Shown in pieces: positions 30,118 to 44,593 of a DNA stretch of 64,000 nucleotides. The DNA lies in assembly GCA_040954595.2 (NCBI GenBank), contig CM082588.2, positions 4,156,156-4,220,155 of the forward strand. Reading direction: 5' to 3'. The stretch comes from Balanoglossus misakiensis (taxonomy: Eukaryota; Animalia; Hemichordata). Position 1 is the stretch's first letter, and each line of letters starts with the position of its first letter. The translations under genes and the position numbers were made by a program. A model generated the notes under the pieces. The model saw only the letters and a list, made by a program, of their open reading frames with translations, was not told the origin of the DNA and searched no databases.

Positions 30118-30405
30118 CTTGTCAAATCTGCAAGAAATGTGAAACCTATCAGGCTGGCTTTTATAGGGGGTTCTAAATACCCATTCAAATCTTATTAGTA
30201 TAGAAAGTGGCATAAGCTATTACTGTATAGCTATCCCAGATTGAAAACAAATTATAGATTTGTGTTCTATTCACCAACTGGATTAATTACTGCGAAAGAA
30301 ACGTATATAATGCAAACTTACCAAAGTGACCACCTTGCTAAACTGAGAGAAGTTTGTTCGCCGAGATGCTGGAAGTATGAAACTTTTTGACACCTACGTG
30401 CGTTC

Positions 30406-30412
30406 TTATATA
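30406..30412 (-). promoter_or_regulatory. Probable TATA box of the Cys-rich secreted protein gene
   Basis: TATATAA on the minus strand about 85 bp upstream of the GTAAGT donor of a short non-coding first exon. Confidence 0.6.
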
Positions 30413-32004
30413 CACTTCGACATTCGCTGAGCTCTCATTGGGTGCGAGTTTGTCCGCTGAACAACTGACAGATCACACGGGATGTCACGACGTCTGGATT
30501 TACTCCCTCTCCGAAATCCACCACGGAATTGTATATCTCTACGTTTTCAGAGGATGCGGGGCCAGTGAATGGAATGGTCAGTTATTGCTGCAGATACACT
30601 TTTGCGAGTTGACCTATTTCCCGTTCTATTGCGTTTCTATCCCTTCTGCTTTTCTACGTTTTTATTGACGTTTTGAATGACATGGCATCTTGACAGATGG
30701 TGTGCCATATAAAAGTGTCTGGGGTGTGATAAACGACTAGATACGTATACTGCTTGTATTGGAAACAGTGCTAAAAGAACAGTACCATGACACAGTCTGT
30801 GATATAGCTGTCAATGTTTGATAATTAACTGACATTTTTGCCAATTTGCCATTGAATAGTCAGCAAAACAGTATATGTATTGTATTGGTCTGCAAGCTGT
30901 GCTTCAAATGACATCAATCTACCTTCCCTAAAAGCAAACCCTACTGGGAACTTGCATTACACAAAAACTCAGTCCTGTAATCATCACACGTGTTCTATCG
31001 GCCTACTTTTCCCGTATAATATCTTTACTACCAAAACAATATTTACAAATATATATCTTATCTGACAAGTTATCGAAATAAATAACAGTTTCGACCAAAT
31101 AGTTGTCATTTCGTTATATTGGAGTGCAGGGTCAAATAAAAAGGGGGTCGACTTTGATATTTTGTTCTGGTTCCCAGGGGGAAAAGTTTTTTGGCAAGAC
31201 TTCACGGAATGACAAAATTCAATAGTATGATGATGAACAAACAAGTTTGTGAAGATTCTTGGCCCGAGTACGTTACGAAACTACAAAGTTCCTTTCTATG
31301 CCCAGGCTGCATTCATTCATTATAACATTGTTGAAGAAAAGGGAGTATTTTTGAAAGTTTCATGTTATCGAACTACGTGCCTTCCACACTAATTTTCCCT
31401 ATTCTGTTCTGACCTATATTTTGATGACAAAATGTGCATATCAATCTATATTCGCCTGGTTCTACTGGATCTGTCCATACACGTTATTTGTGGCTTTTAA
31501 TTCTATTAAAACAAAGAGTTTTTTCTGGGTCCCTGCCTGTGCCTACATATGTGGATGTTTAAAAAAGAGCAAATTATTTGCTGGTAGTGGTACAGGTTTG
31601 TGCCTGGAAAGAATCATGACTAGTAAAGCCTTTTACACAATTTTGCTGCTGACTGTGGTTGTTTGACTGCATGTGGATTGCGGACTGAAGATATGTCAGT
31701 CCGATACTTTGATATTTGGCGACTTTAATCGACAATGCTTTGTTCCACTGGCCAAAAAGACCCCCTAGCATGGAAGCGCTGTACTGTACCACGACCGTGA
31801 GGGCGCTCTTTATTGTGAAGTCACCGCTGATGACTGGCCAATACGACACCAAAAGGGTGACCATACCACCATTTGTTTCAGTCTACGGTGCTGTAGTTAC
31901 CTCGGTGCATGGTAACGTGAGTCTGTCTCCTTGACGATCAGACGTGTAACGCGGTCGCAACCACCCATCTTGATTCCTTCAACAAAAAGGAACCCGTATT
32001 TCCA

Positions 32005-35000
32005 ATGGCTATGACCAGCACACAAGGTAATGTACTATCGCTACCAGTCTTGTGCCCCCTATGTGTATGGGGATTTGCAACCTAAACTACACTCTCTCTC
32101 TCTCTGTCTCCGTTTTAAAGATATTTGGTAGGTCACATAGTTCAACTAACACTTTAGTACGTCCATAGTTCACAATGATGATGGCATGTTATGATGTAAC
32201 ATTTGGTAATGATATCACTATTAATCTTGGTCATTTCACAGTTAGCAAACGTGACTTTGGGTCGTTTATGTCATCAAACGTGGAAGAACTTATACAACTA
32301 TCTGAGGTAAGTCTGCAAAATAATCCTCACTGTAGACCTAAATACGAACGCCTGACATACTGTATGGCTAGCACAGGGTTAATGTGAGTGCAGAAATAGG
32401 AGGGAGCTAGGGGACACAGAAATGCATTTGCCTTATTAAATAAGTATTTGCTCCCTAGGTGAGTGATGAAAATCTAATATGGCCAACACAATGTCAACAA
32501 CAACTTGCAAGTGCCTTTAAACTTTAAATCATGAAGTCTGTTCTGTATTGATTAAACCAAATACATGCACTTGAATTGTCTACTTTCAGGCAGACTACAC
32601 ACCACCTCGTATAGCCATTGATCTTCCCACATTCAGTGAATTCCAAACCGGAGATAAATTGAAGTTCGGCATGGATGTGAAAACTAAATACTTCTTGTTG
32701 GAGGTAATATGTGATTATGTATCTGTGCTGGCTGGGTGATGTATGAATGAGAAATTGCCATGGGAACTGTTACTCAGCAACTGGAAGGTGTCTGTGTCGC
32801 CTTAATGGCAGACTGCCTTTGGAGTGTTATAAACTATAGTCTTTTTTTAGATATGTTATTACTGTTCTATTTTTAATGACATGTGCATTGGTACCAGTAT
32901 CATTTTCACTCTGTGTAACCTATTTTCTTATCCATCCTCCTGAGACAGGATATCACATTTCTCAACCATGGTGCTTTTGGGGGAGCATTGAAGCAGGCTG
33001 TAGTGGCCAAACACAGATGGGAATATTATATTGAGAGGCAATCTGTCAGATTTCTGGACAGAGAAATACTCCCACTCCTTGTGCACGTAACAAGAAGATT
33101 ATCTGAATTTATCGGTGAGTCTGAATCTGAATCCAACTTGATTGTAAGTTTTCTTACATGTCCAGGCATCAGATTCATGAAAACAATTCCGTCTCTGCTT
33201 GACAAGGTTTGTGGGTACTTGGCATACAGTCCCTAATAAATAGTAACAGATAGCTTTGGTATCGAAATGCCAAAAAATAGCCAAAAGTTACAAAAAGTGG
33301 ACCTTTAATTTTGCATTGTTCCCATGACAACACAGGCTGTGACAGCACGGATGTTGTTCTCGTGCAGAATGCATCAACAGCCACAAACAGTGTCATGAAG
33401 AGTTTGACCTTTCAACCCGGTGATGTCATCTACTGTCTCAGCACCGCCTATGGTAAGTCAGAATTACCGTTACCCCTTTCGCGGAAGTGCAGAATTATTG
33501 GTATTTATGAGCATGGCCATTGTGACAAAGATATGCCTGTATCAGAATTTGACATGATAAAAACAACATCATACTCAATATATGCCAGAGGAACTCAGAA
33601 ACAATGGACGACCCAGCTTATTCCAATAAACAAAGCAGTAAGTATAAACTCCTCCAAGGAACTTCTCACACATGAAACCAAATTATCACAAACAGAATCG
33701 CAACTTTGCCCCCTTAATAAAGATCTGAAATTGTCCCTTTGACTTTAACTATAGTAGACTGTCAAACTTGTGTTGCCTTAGGTCCTGTGAAGAAATTATT
33801 GAAGTTCATCTCTGAGAAGACTGGCGCTGTCATTCAGGAAGAAACTCTAAACTTCCCACTGACTGGAACTGATGACATCATCAGTGTTGTCAAGGAAACT
33901 TTGAAGTAATGTCACACTCTTAAATTTTCATTTGAAGCATTGTTTTTTTATGATTAATGCTACAGTTAGAGGTAGAATGACGGTATTTTTCCAGTGGGTA
34001 AATATCCAGGGGTGACTTTCCTAGAACCAAATTTACAGCCATCCCTATACAGATGTATCTTTGCTTTGCAGAGTGGGAACCAAACTGGCCGTATTTGACC
34101 ACATTCCCTCCAATACACCAGTCATCATACCGGTCAAGGAATTGATTGACATCTGTCATGACAGGTAAGCCACACCCCCACCCCAGGGGACCACAAGCAG
34201 TAATTTCAAGTAGAGGTGTGCTGCCCCCTGTCATGGAAATCATACCAGGTATTTGGCTGATCTGTATTTCACTTTATTAAAAAAAAATAGTTTACTAATC
34301 TTTTTGTATATTTTCATTTAAGACATGTACCAGTGCTAATAGACGGTGCTCATGCACCAGGATCGTTGCCTCTCAATCTACGGGAATTAAACACAGACTT
34401 CTACGTCGGCAACACACACAAGTGGCTCTGTTGTCCCAAGGGTTGTGGCTTTCTGTATGTCAACAAGAAATTTCAGGACGTCACCCACCCACTGGTGGTT
34501 TCTCATGGATTTGGAAGTGGATTCAGTTCTGAATTCATGTGGTCAGGTAGGTTTTATTCAAGAACAGTGGTGATTTAAAACAAAATCATCATATGTTGTC
34601 TCGGAGGGCACACTAAAAAACACTGACTGCACAAATAGTCATCTTCTCTATTCTAGACTCTGGGTTTATGGTTTTCAATATTACAAATCCTGCTTAATAT
34701 GACATTCATGAAATCCCTTTATACCTTTCAGGATTACAAGATTACACATCATTCCTATCCCTCAATACAGTACTAGATTTCTGGACTGGAATAGGACCAG
34801 ATAAGATACGCCAATATATGCATGGTTTAGCTAGACAGGCAGGTATGTTAGACTTGACTAATGGTATATATGTGTGTGATGCCTTTTTTAATTAGTTTAT
34901 TTTCATAGCCTTAATACGTCTGATGCTTTACTCAAACTTTTGAAAAGATTTACGTTCTAAGAAATAATCTGATTTGGACTGGGTTTTTTTCACAGCTGAA

Positions 35001-35684
35001 CTTCTCGTCAAGAATTGGAAGACAGGATTAATTGCACCACAAAACATGTTTGGTAAGTGTCTATGTACATGATGGATGAATTTCCATAAAACATTTAGCA
35101 TTACATTCAGTTGTTTTCATGCATCTAAACTAAGTTTTATGATTCACTTATTCTTTTAATTTTTATGTCATGTAGGGTCCATGGTGTTAGTGCAGCTGCC
35201 TTCCTCACTGTACAAAGACAAGACATGTGACTACAATCTGGCTGAATCCATCCAAAATCAGCTGCTCCATCAATTCAGTATTGAGGTATGTAACTGTACA
35301 CATCAGTCCAGGCAATGGGTATTTGGAATAGAGCCTAGAAAGTCACTAAGGCATTCAAAGGTATAGAAGCACTATGATAATTTAACCACTGCTACCATCG
35401 AAAATTAAATACTAGTACAATATGTATCGCCAGTCACAGATTTTCAGTGGGTTGAGGACTTATAGACACATCCTTTTGACCTTTAACAGGCTTATGTAAA
35501 TTAGAGGTGACTGTATACATGTACCTTTGAAAATGTATGACCGCTTATTTTCTCATTTTGACAGGTTCCAATCAAGTGTATTCAAGGGAAACTGTATGTA
35601 CGGATATCAGCTCACATCTACAATGAAATCGATGAATATCAACAGCTCAGTGATGCAGTGCTGGCACTAATAACAACTCAGTAA
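32005..35684 (+). CDS. Aminotransferase class V PLP enzyme (L-cysteine desulfhydrase / hercynylcysteine sulfoxide lyase Egt2 / CefD-like), about 12 exons
   Basis: Spliced motifs DITFLNHGAFG (32949+), VLVQNASTATN, VFDHIPSNT, LIDGAHAPG, GNTHKWLCCPKG (PLP Lys) and YVRISAHIYN. Last exon 35565-35684. Confidence 0.9.
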
Positions 35685-36531
35685 TGCAATTATAATATTA
35701 TTGGCCTGCCTGTAGTGCAGAATAAAGCTGTTCTTTTAAACAGTTGACACACAGAAAGTGGGTGTTATCTGTAACTCGTATGTTCCTCAGTAAAAGTCTG
35801 TAACTTTTATTATATTTATTGATATATTTCATGTATTTTCAACCAAAACGGTTTTATTTACTTGAAGATAAGAGAAGCCAATGTAAAAATGTTTTGGTTG
35901 AAAATTGTTGTTTTCCTGTCTTATTGGACATCGACAATCAACATCAATAAAAAATACACTTCTCATGAGACCTATTGTCCTTGCCGTTCATTATTCTTGG
36001 AAAGTCACAGACATGATCACAAATACGTCACTTTCATAGAAAATTTGAATCTGATTGAAAAACAGAATATATTTCATTAAAAAAGTAAGCTTTCACAAAA
36101 ATTCAATTGGCATTGCAATTTTGACATGACTATTGTTATGGAGATTATTTTGAACATGCCAAAACTATGCGATTATCGTTCAGACTGGCTACTTTGTCGT
36201 TTTCCCCAAAAAGATTTTACAGCTCTTTGAACTGCCTCATTTTAATGTTATATAATTTATGCTAATTTATACACCACACCGCCGGAGCTTTGTCCAATCT
36301 GCGTTTAGGTTACTAAACAAGCATTTGTTCTTTTGTAAACATCAAAATAGTCAGTTATTCATGGTACCACCACACCTGGCTTTTCACGCATGTAAATTTG
36401 TTGTTAGCTGTAACCTTTATACGCAATCAACAAGGTCGTTCACTAAAATATTCAGACGACCCGCCTTCTCGAGTACAAGGGGTTTTCCTGGATTGAGGAA
36501 TCACCCAGCCTCGTCTTCGTATCGCACTGCA

Positions 36532-39500
36532 ATGGCCGCTGCCACAGACACTTTCTCTCTCGCTGACTTTGATGTCATCGGCTTCGATTTGGATCACACA
36601 ATATGCAAGTATAAACTGAATGAAGTGTTCCCTGTAAGTATGCACCGAAGTTGTTAGTCAAACGTTTAAGGTGGCGGCATTAGCTAGACTGCAATCTTGT
36701 TGTACCGGTAACACGTGAGGATCGAGCGTCGATTTCACACGCACGTCCACGATCAATCCAAACTTGCAATACAGGCTTCATATGTAACATCGGCTACGTA
36801 ACATTGTTCACATTCATTAGAATATGGGTGGAGGAGCCAGCTACTCGGAAGTTGTCATGATCGTGGAAACAGTGGAATAGCTTATTCACGACTTTGAGAT
36901 TAGGGAATACATCGATGTGTTTATCTGCAGGGGCAGCTGATCGGTACAAGGGTCACTGGTTGAATGAACGGCTGCAGACAAATCATTCAAAAGCTAGCTT
37001 AGTTTCGATCACTCAGTGTCTGTATGATCATTGACCGGCTTGTTTTGTAGTAAATACTAGTATATAAATTAATCTGATTCTCTCTCGTATGTCCGTCCAT
37101 GGTACAATGATTGAATGAAGAGTGTACATTTCACAGTCATGTAACCGATTTCATTAGGAAATTTACACTGTGGATACACTATAGACCCTTCCGCCTTTGG
37201 TCTATGGCCAATCAAAGAAAGTTAGAAACGTTTGTCTTCCACCAGTTTGTGTTTGATTCATTAAAAGAATTTTTTGGTAGCTGATTTATTACAGCCTGGC
37301 TAAATATATGGTGGAGAAGAGAGGGTATGATGAGTCATTGCTGGAACCGTTTGAGAATGACAAAGATTTTATGTAAGTATATATACACATCAATTTTGAA
37401 AACCATTGTCTCCCTAATAAGAACAAAAATGTAACTCCTCCTCGTCCAATAGTATTGTTGTAGCATGCAAGTCCAAAATTCTGATAAATATAATGGCCAG
37501 ATCACTCCACGGTCATTTGCACACAATATGGTGGGTTCACGTCAGAAAATTTAGTTTTATAGCGGGTAGGATTATTACAGGAGGGAGCACATCCTTGGGC
37601 ACCCACCCACCCCTTCCGGATAGTTTGAAGTTCAAATCATGGTAATCTTTGTCAGGACCAAAGGATTGGTGTTTGATGTAGAGAAAGGGGACCTGTTGAA
37701 ATTATCAGGAGATGGTTACATTCTGCAAGGCAGTCATGGTAGAAGATTACTCACAGATGAAGAAATCAAGGAAGACTATGGAAAAGACAGAATGTGGACT
37801 CCTGACCAGTTTGAAACTTTGAAGGAAACTCTTAAACAGACAGGTATGTTTTTTTGCAGATCATATTCCCTATTACAACTTAAATAACTCTTTTTAAGTT
37901 AAACAAAATAGCCAAAGTACTATATCATCTGCATGATCTGAGGGTGAGGGACATGAATGAATATTCACCATTATAATACATCATCATCACATTGGTATTA
38001 GACACATGTGCTTATTGTTCGCATTCCATGTATTGCCGTTTTCCAGGCATTATTAATTCATATCCGTTCTGTTTCTTTCTTCTGCCAGATGACTTCAGAT
38101 ATTTTGAGAATTACTTTGACATGACCGGTGCTGTTCTCTGTGCCCGCATGGTTGATATCATTGATAAACAGGTAGGCAGTTGTCAGTGACATGCACTACC
38201 TGGCCAAAAGTTCATATGTCATACATCACAGTGACATTTTGCTACATTAAACAACCTAGACTGTTGTGGCAATGATATACTTCCAGAAGATACACAACAT
38301 GAATGTTTGGACTGATGACAATCATTTTACAAATCATTATGTGACCTCACAGGGCAATCCCCGCTACCACTGATATCTACATGTTTTCACTCCATCAGGC
38401 AAATGGCAAGAGACCAGAGACATATCAATCATTTCTGCCTCACATGTGGCAGGCTTACGGGAACAGTTACAATAGAGAACAGTTTGCTGGTAAGTGTTGA
38501 TGATGTCTATAGGGAATTTCAGTTTTACCTCACAAACTCAGTGTGTGAATCGTGGACATTTGCGAAGATGGTCTGGACTGTTCCAGAAAGGAAGTACAGT
38601 CAAGCTTGCCTACAGTGGCCAGTCAAGGGATTTTCCCACAGTAGCATTTATAGACAGGTCCATTAATGATGATTACATTGTACCAATACATGGACTGTAC
38701 CAAATTGGCCTGCCACAATGGATAAGATTCCACCATGTAGAGGCATGGCCACTAACACAGGTTTGACTCAAACCCTTTTGCCACCAAAATATTGGTTCAA
38801 CACATTGTCTTCAGCACGCAGCGAAATAGGGTGAAGGGGTTGACAAGTATTTCTTTCCGTAGCACACAAAGGCAACTTCTTCCCGGCTATAAAGGAAAAC
38901 CCGGAGAAGTATTTCGAGAAGTGCAGCAAAGACATGAAGGACTGGTTGAGAAGTTTGAAGAAAGCCGGAAAAGCCACGTTTCTGTGCACAACCTCGCACG
39001 CTGACTATGCAAGACATCTTCTCCAGTTCATTTTAGGGTGAGTATTGTTGTAGGGAAACACTGATCTAGTCTGCCTCCATCTCATGATTACATCATTCTG
39101 TTAACATCACATGTTAACCGTGTCACATTAACATTACCATAATTGTATCATCTCAGCCTGTTGTTTGATTTAATTGTCATTTTCAGGGCTGACTGGCAGT
39201 CGTATTTTGACGTCTGCTGCACGTACGCAAGAAAACCAGGCTTTTTCACAAGTACTCCAGAAACAAGACCGTTTTATGAGCTAGGTTTGTTTGCATATGT
39301 TCATTTCCTTTTCTGATGTGTTATTTATCACCCGTGTCAGAATTAGATACAAAAATAGACTGGTTTCCCCTACATTTGTGTATGTGCCCTTTGCTTCTAG
39401 AGGTAACCAAAGCTATCATTTTCTTCCCCAATCTCTTTTCAAATGTAGTGGATGACGTCGAACAAGCAGACAGTGTTGTTACAACGTTAGAACCGAACAA

Positions 39501-40843
39501 CATCTACTCACAAGGCAATGCACAAACCCTGAAGAAGTTACTTGAAAAGATAACAGGCAAGGAAGACCCAAAGGTAAACGCGAAGTGGAATTACTTCAAT
39601 GCCAATGGTTTCTTAACATGTAACAACAGATGCTATCATAAAATGGCTGACAAAATGATCATGAAAAACTGCAAAATCTTGCTTTGAAAATAACAATGAT
39701 ATGACCCCTCGATGTGGAATAAAAAAGACACGAGAATTGCACCTACCTTAACTATTGCTTGATAATTTCGCATGCGTACATGTATTTATTCCACGACTTG
39801 CTCTCTACAACCAGGTGGTGTATGTTGGAGACAGCCTGAGATCGGACGTCTTCCCCTTGGCGCCCCTCAACTGGTCGGCATTGCTCATCTTGGAGGAGAT
39901 GGAGGCAGAGGGTCTGGCTACCAGTGGTGACGGTGTTGTTAACGACGACGAGCAGTCCAATGGAGACAAAGAAAACCCTTCAGCCAAGAGGAAGAAATAC
40001 ACTGTAAGGAATCATGATTTCTTCTTCTGTGGTGTGGGAATACTGGTAGATTCCCCTCCCAAAATCATGCTTTGTTTGGTCTAGTGTTTGCTTTGTTTAA
40101 TTGATCGAGTGTTTGTACCTTTCGGAGATTGGTCTTACAGAGAAGTAACCTGCCGTGGGTCAGTCGCATATCAACGGTCTAGTAACATCGCTAACTTTGA
40201 TCCCTGTGTCTTGACAGCTGCCGAATGAACTAGAAATAGAGTATCTGCTGTCCAGCAAATGGGGATCATTTTTCACGACCCATAACAACGTGTCGTCCAA
40301 AGACAAGACCAACAGCAAGACCGGCATTGCTGCAATGAACACGCTGTGGGGGTACTACATCAAGACGTACAGTGCCATAGCTGTGCCTACATTAGAGTAC
40401 ATTATCGGTAAGGTCCCTCACACAGTCGAATCCAAAGATGCGACACTACAGATTATATATACATTGATGAGTAATAATTGTTATGTTGTCAGAGTTAGGA
40501 ATGCTATCACGTACCTGTAACATTTCGTAGTACTTTGTAAACAGTAATGGACAGCTGATTACAATGGATAACTTTCCCTATCCCTTGCTCAGCCAACTGT
40601 TCTATAGGAAGAGTGTATCTATCTGACCCCAAATTTGAATAATTATGCACACTATGATTCATGCATTCTGCAGCCTTTTCACCCTGACCCCATGGTGACC
40701 TATGACATACATGTAATTTGACTATAAACTTTTCTCCTTCCATTGCAGATTTACCTCTGGATCACAAATTTCCAACATTCAACGTGGAAAAGAACCGATC
40801 TGGATTCTACCCAGCCTTACCAAAGGCTCTGGCTGAACTCTGA
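36532..40843 (+). CDS. NT5DC1: 5'-nucleotidase domain-containing protein 1 (HAD family), multi-exon
   Basis: FSLADFDVIGFDLDHTICKY (HAD motif I), YFENYFD, YSQGNA, VVYVGDSLRSD, ILEEMEAE, LSSKWGSFF, AVPTLEYI, LPLDHKF..GFYP. Confidence 0.93.
38597..38769. mobile_element. Degenerate MITE, Tc1/mariner-like termini
   Basis: Starts TA|CAGTCAAGCTTG and ends CAGGTTTGACT, an imperfect TIR; internal GTGGCC/GGCCAC mirror. Confidence 0.5.
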
Positions 40844-41940
40844 TTCATCCATTAAATAGTCACAAAGGAAATAATTTACATATCCGACTAATCTTCAGGC
40901 GTAACATGCACCTACCTGTGATTGGTCAATGTGAATTAGATGGACTCCATCCAACTCACTATATCTGCCAACATATGTTACCAAACGCACACCAAGTTTT
41001 ACTATCATTTCAGAAACTACCTTATCCTTTTAGAAATGACTTCATTTTATAAGATTATTCAATGGGCATTGCTATGGTTACCATGTAAAAGAAATGTACT
41101 ACCGGTATGCTAAGTACAGCGAAAGGGAGCAAAATATCTCGTGACATTTTATCTGTATTATGGTACATTACAAGAGGACAAGGGTAAGATTTTTATTCGA
41201 AAGGTGGGTAGTGATGTGAATTCTGGAAATTTTTCTGTCAACTTTCCTGTAATAGTTTTTTGTCATGGTTTTATCATGATATTGTCATTTTATGGTATCT
41301 CATTGGTGAGAAATAAAGAATTGTGGACGAGAAGTTGCCATGTGTCGTGTCCTTCTCATTTTCGGATTATTTTCTGTCAATTCCAGTGGCCTGTGCAAGT
41401 AAAGGGAAGCTGCCTTTTGACCAATATATTGGTCATATAGACCTTATATAAAACACTTTGACAACAATAGTTTTATCTGCAATCTCTTGTTTATTTTCAA
41501 TGTAATCTCCCTACCTCGTACAAACTTGTTTTCCAATCTCGAGAACAATTAACACTCTTATGTCTTATAACATTCACACAGCAATTATTTTCAAAGCTAT
41601 AATGCCATACAGAACAAATCAAAACATTTGACTTGAATTGGAAACAAGTTTTCATCGTAACAGTCAGTGATGGCTGAGAAACCAATGCTCTAATTATTTA
41701 CAAGATGTCTCAAATCAATCAAACTTCTATTTTTCGCAATGCCCTTATAAAATTCCCAAAAAATGTCTAAAATAGTAGAAGGTATACAGAGACAAGATTT
41801 TCTGCACAGAAAAATTGACGTGTTTGACTTAATACAAGTGTCACTCCTTTTTGCAAGACTGTTGAACACTTTGAAAGAAATGGCCATCACAGCTACAGGA
41901 GAAAAACAAAAGCACACAAGCTCTGGCATGGATCCTTTTT

Positions 41941-43861
41941 CTACTTGGCACCTGTGTACCTCTCAGAGACGTCCTTCCAGTTGACAACTTGCCAGATCTC
42001 TTTCACGTAGTCGGGTCTCACGTTCTTGTACTGGAGGTAGTACGCGTGTTCCCATACGTCGATACCCAGCAGCGGAACCAGTCCTAGTGAGAGAGAAACA
42101 CCAATGAGATTGCAGTTTACAGCTCGCTCTTGGGATGTGTCAAAGGTATATTTACCTATGTGAAGTCACTTACCAGTGGTAGCTCTCAGTGGGTCCTGGT
42201 TAGCGCAGGTAGCAATGGCCAGTCTATCAGTGGCACTGTTGTAACCAAGCCAACCCCAGCCAGACCCCTGGATAGCAATGGTGGCAGCACTCATCTGAGC
42301 AACGAATGAATCAAAGCTTCCAAAGTCTCTCTTGATGGCTGTCATCAATTCACCTGTAAAAAGCAGATTGTTTTCATTGAAGTAAATTCAATGCAAATTT
42401 ATTTCAGATGGGTTATTCAATTTTATTAGAGAGAATACCACCAACACCCTACAGAGACAGATTTGATGGAGGCAATCTTACCTGTAGGCTGTCCACCGCC
42501 CTCTGGTGACAGATTATGCCAGAAAATAGAGTGATTGATGTGGCCACCACCGTTGAACTTGAGTGCTGGCTGTAAGGTAACAATCTTGGAGACATCATCT
42601 GAAAAGAAAAAATTCAACATTTTTTATTTTCTTACAGGTTGGAGGGGTGTTCACAATCCAAAGATGTGAAAGTATTCCTTGAATATCTGGCTCACCATTC
42701 TCTTGTGCCTCTTTCAGCTGATCCAGAGCTGCATTCAAGTTGTTCACATACGTCTGATGATGTTTCTTGTGATGCAGTTCCATGATCTCAGCCGAGATGA
42801 CCGGGGACAGGGCTGTGTAGTCATATGGCAAGTCGGGCAGAGTGTGCTTGCTTCTTGCTGCAACACAACCCAGTACAGATGGGCTGGTCAACAACCTGAG
42901 ATGAGAAACGGAAAGATCAACAAAATGGCAAATCAGTAAAGCTGCATTAAAGGGACAAAGTCTCTCTCTCCCTTTTCTTTTCCCATTTATTATGTTTGAT
43001 TTACTACACTGTTTATGCAACATTCAACCATCATGTTTGTAGGATATGAGAGTAAAAATCTTGCCAAAATGAATAAATGGTAAACACCGAATATTCATTT
43101 TGGCGAGTATTTCACTCTCGTGTCTACAAGTGGGATGGAAGGTGTGTGTGGTTGAACTATGAGTAAAATTTCTCCATAATGTTTACCATAGAGATTGTCA
43201 AAGTCACTAAATTTGGCGGCCATTTTGAATGCCATAGACTAAGCACAGATATAGGCGGCCATTTTGAACCTCAAATTTGGCGGCCATTTTGAAAGTCTTA
43301 ATTTCAAGGCAATTTTGAAATTAATGAGTAAATGAAGAATTATTTTCGGCAATAAATGAATAATCTAAAGTAGCCAAACATCAATGGTGTTTTGTATCAA
43401 ACATAACTAATGGGAAAGGGGCAGCAAGAGAGAGACTTTGTCCTTTTAAGCTGCGGATGTCGTGTAACCGAAATCAACCCCCAATCGTAATCTGAACGTG
43501 ACCCGGCGACCTCCATACCAGTTTCTGGCAAGTTGTTCAATACGATCTGAAACCATGCATGCGGCTGGCGATTGGCACACATCACAAAGATTCGCTCTCT
43601 ACACAACAGAATAAATGGATACATATATCCGGTACATCAGATTTCTGTGAGCACTATTCTATCAGTTCGCATATCACACGTGTACATGCCACCGATATCG
43701 AGCACAGCACGATCACTGTCTCAGTGTCTGGTCTCTCTGTCAAGCTGAGGTCATCTCTCTGCCACGACATAATTTTGGCACTCTATTTCAAAAGACTATC
43801 ATTCAGTTTTGTGTGTGGACAATGACATTCACCTCTTTGCTATGCTAGCCCTGGATAGCAT
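41941..43861 (-). CDS. SOD2: Mitochondrial Mn superoxide dismutase, 5 exons
   Basis: Exon 1 [10 protein letters not shown] (43833-43861), then [69 protein letters not shown]. Stop TAG at 41941-41943. Confidence 0.98.
43047..43120. repeat. About 29-bp imperfect inverted repeat (hairpin/MITE relic) in SOD2 intron 1
   Basis: TGAGAGTAAAAATCTTGCCAAAATGAATA ... TATTCATTTTGGCGAGTATTTCACTCTCG. Confidence 0.75.
43212..43293. repeat. Three copies of GGCGGCCATTTTGAA (YY1-site-like)
   Basis: Direct repeats near 43215, 43254 and 43279. Confidence 0.8.
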
Positions 43862-44593
43862 GGTGCCTTTGGGAATTTTTCACTCTCGTCTGGTTTCAGC
43901 TCTGGAACCAACAAGGACGTCTGCAACCAAAGACCCCAAAGCAGACTACAGAATATCATTTGGATTCGCATTCATGCTCAGATTCCAAGTACGGTGGAAC
44001 GTTGGGTTTGGGCATCATCATCACCAAACTTGCCACTATATTCTCTTGTTAACGATTAATATAGGAGATTAAAATATAGTCAGAATAGTCCGTTGTTATT
44101 GGATTTATTGCCGGAAAGCACTCAAAATGCAAATGATTCTACCCATGCCCCTCCAAAAAGTTCCTAGATACTGTATCCCGTGCGCGTTGCACGCGTTGGC
44201 TTGAAAAGTGAAGTTAAACTTTCTCCGACAAATGTTGGTTTAAAAGTGACCAAACCAATAGCTAGTGCGAAATTTGCCCAGCCTTCTTTACTTTTAAGGT
44301 TTAGTGATGGCATTTGGTCGAATAAAGGACAGATTTTGCAATGAATTGCTTTGATTTCTCCATGAAACATACATTCATACGCGCGCGCGTGTCCCTTTCG
44401 CGTCCTGGCGCAGCTGTCACTGGAGTTAAGAAATAACAAATAGTGACAACTACATTCTTTGCACATGGCGGCCTCCATTGTGAGTACCCGTCTGCAAGCC
44501 ACAAATTTGAATATGCCGTCTTTGACTCAAGAGTAAACTGAATCCCACCCGATCTGTACTAATATTATTTATAAGCTATCATTGCATTTCAAG
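43862..44593. promoter_or_regulatory. Probable bidirectional promoter region SOD2/WTAP
   Basis: Divergent genes, CpG-rich patches, ACATGGCGGC (YY1-like) near 44463, and a candidate WTAP 5'UTR donor AG|GTAAGA at 44594. Confidence 0.6.

Noticed and set aside
29638-30213. Metallothionein call, or use of the upstream ATG at 30213
   Set aside because: The signal peptide and regular helical Cys spacing argue for a disulfide-bonded secreted protein. Position 30213 lies in the predicted intron upstream of the acceptor at 30128.
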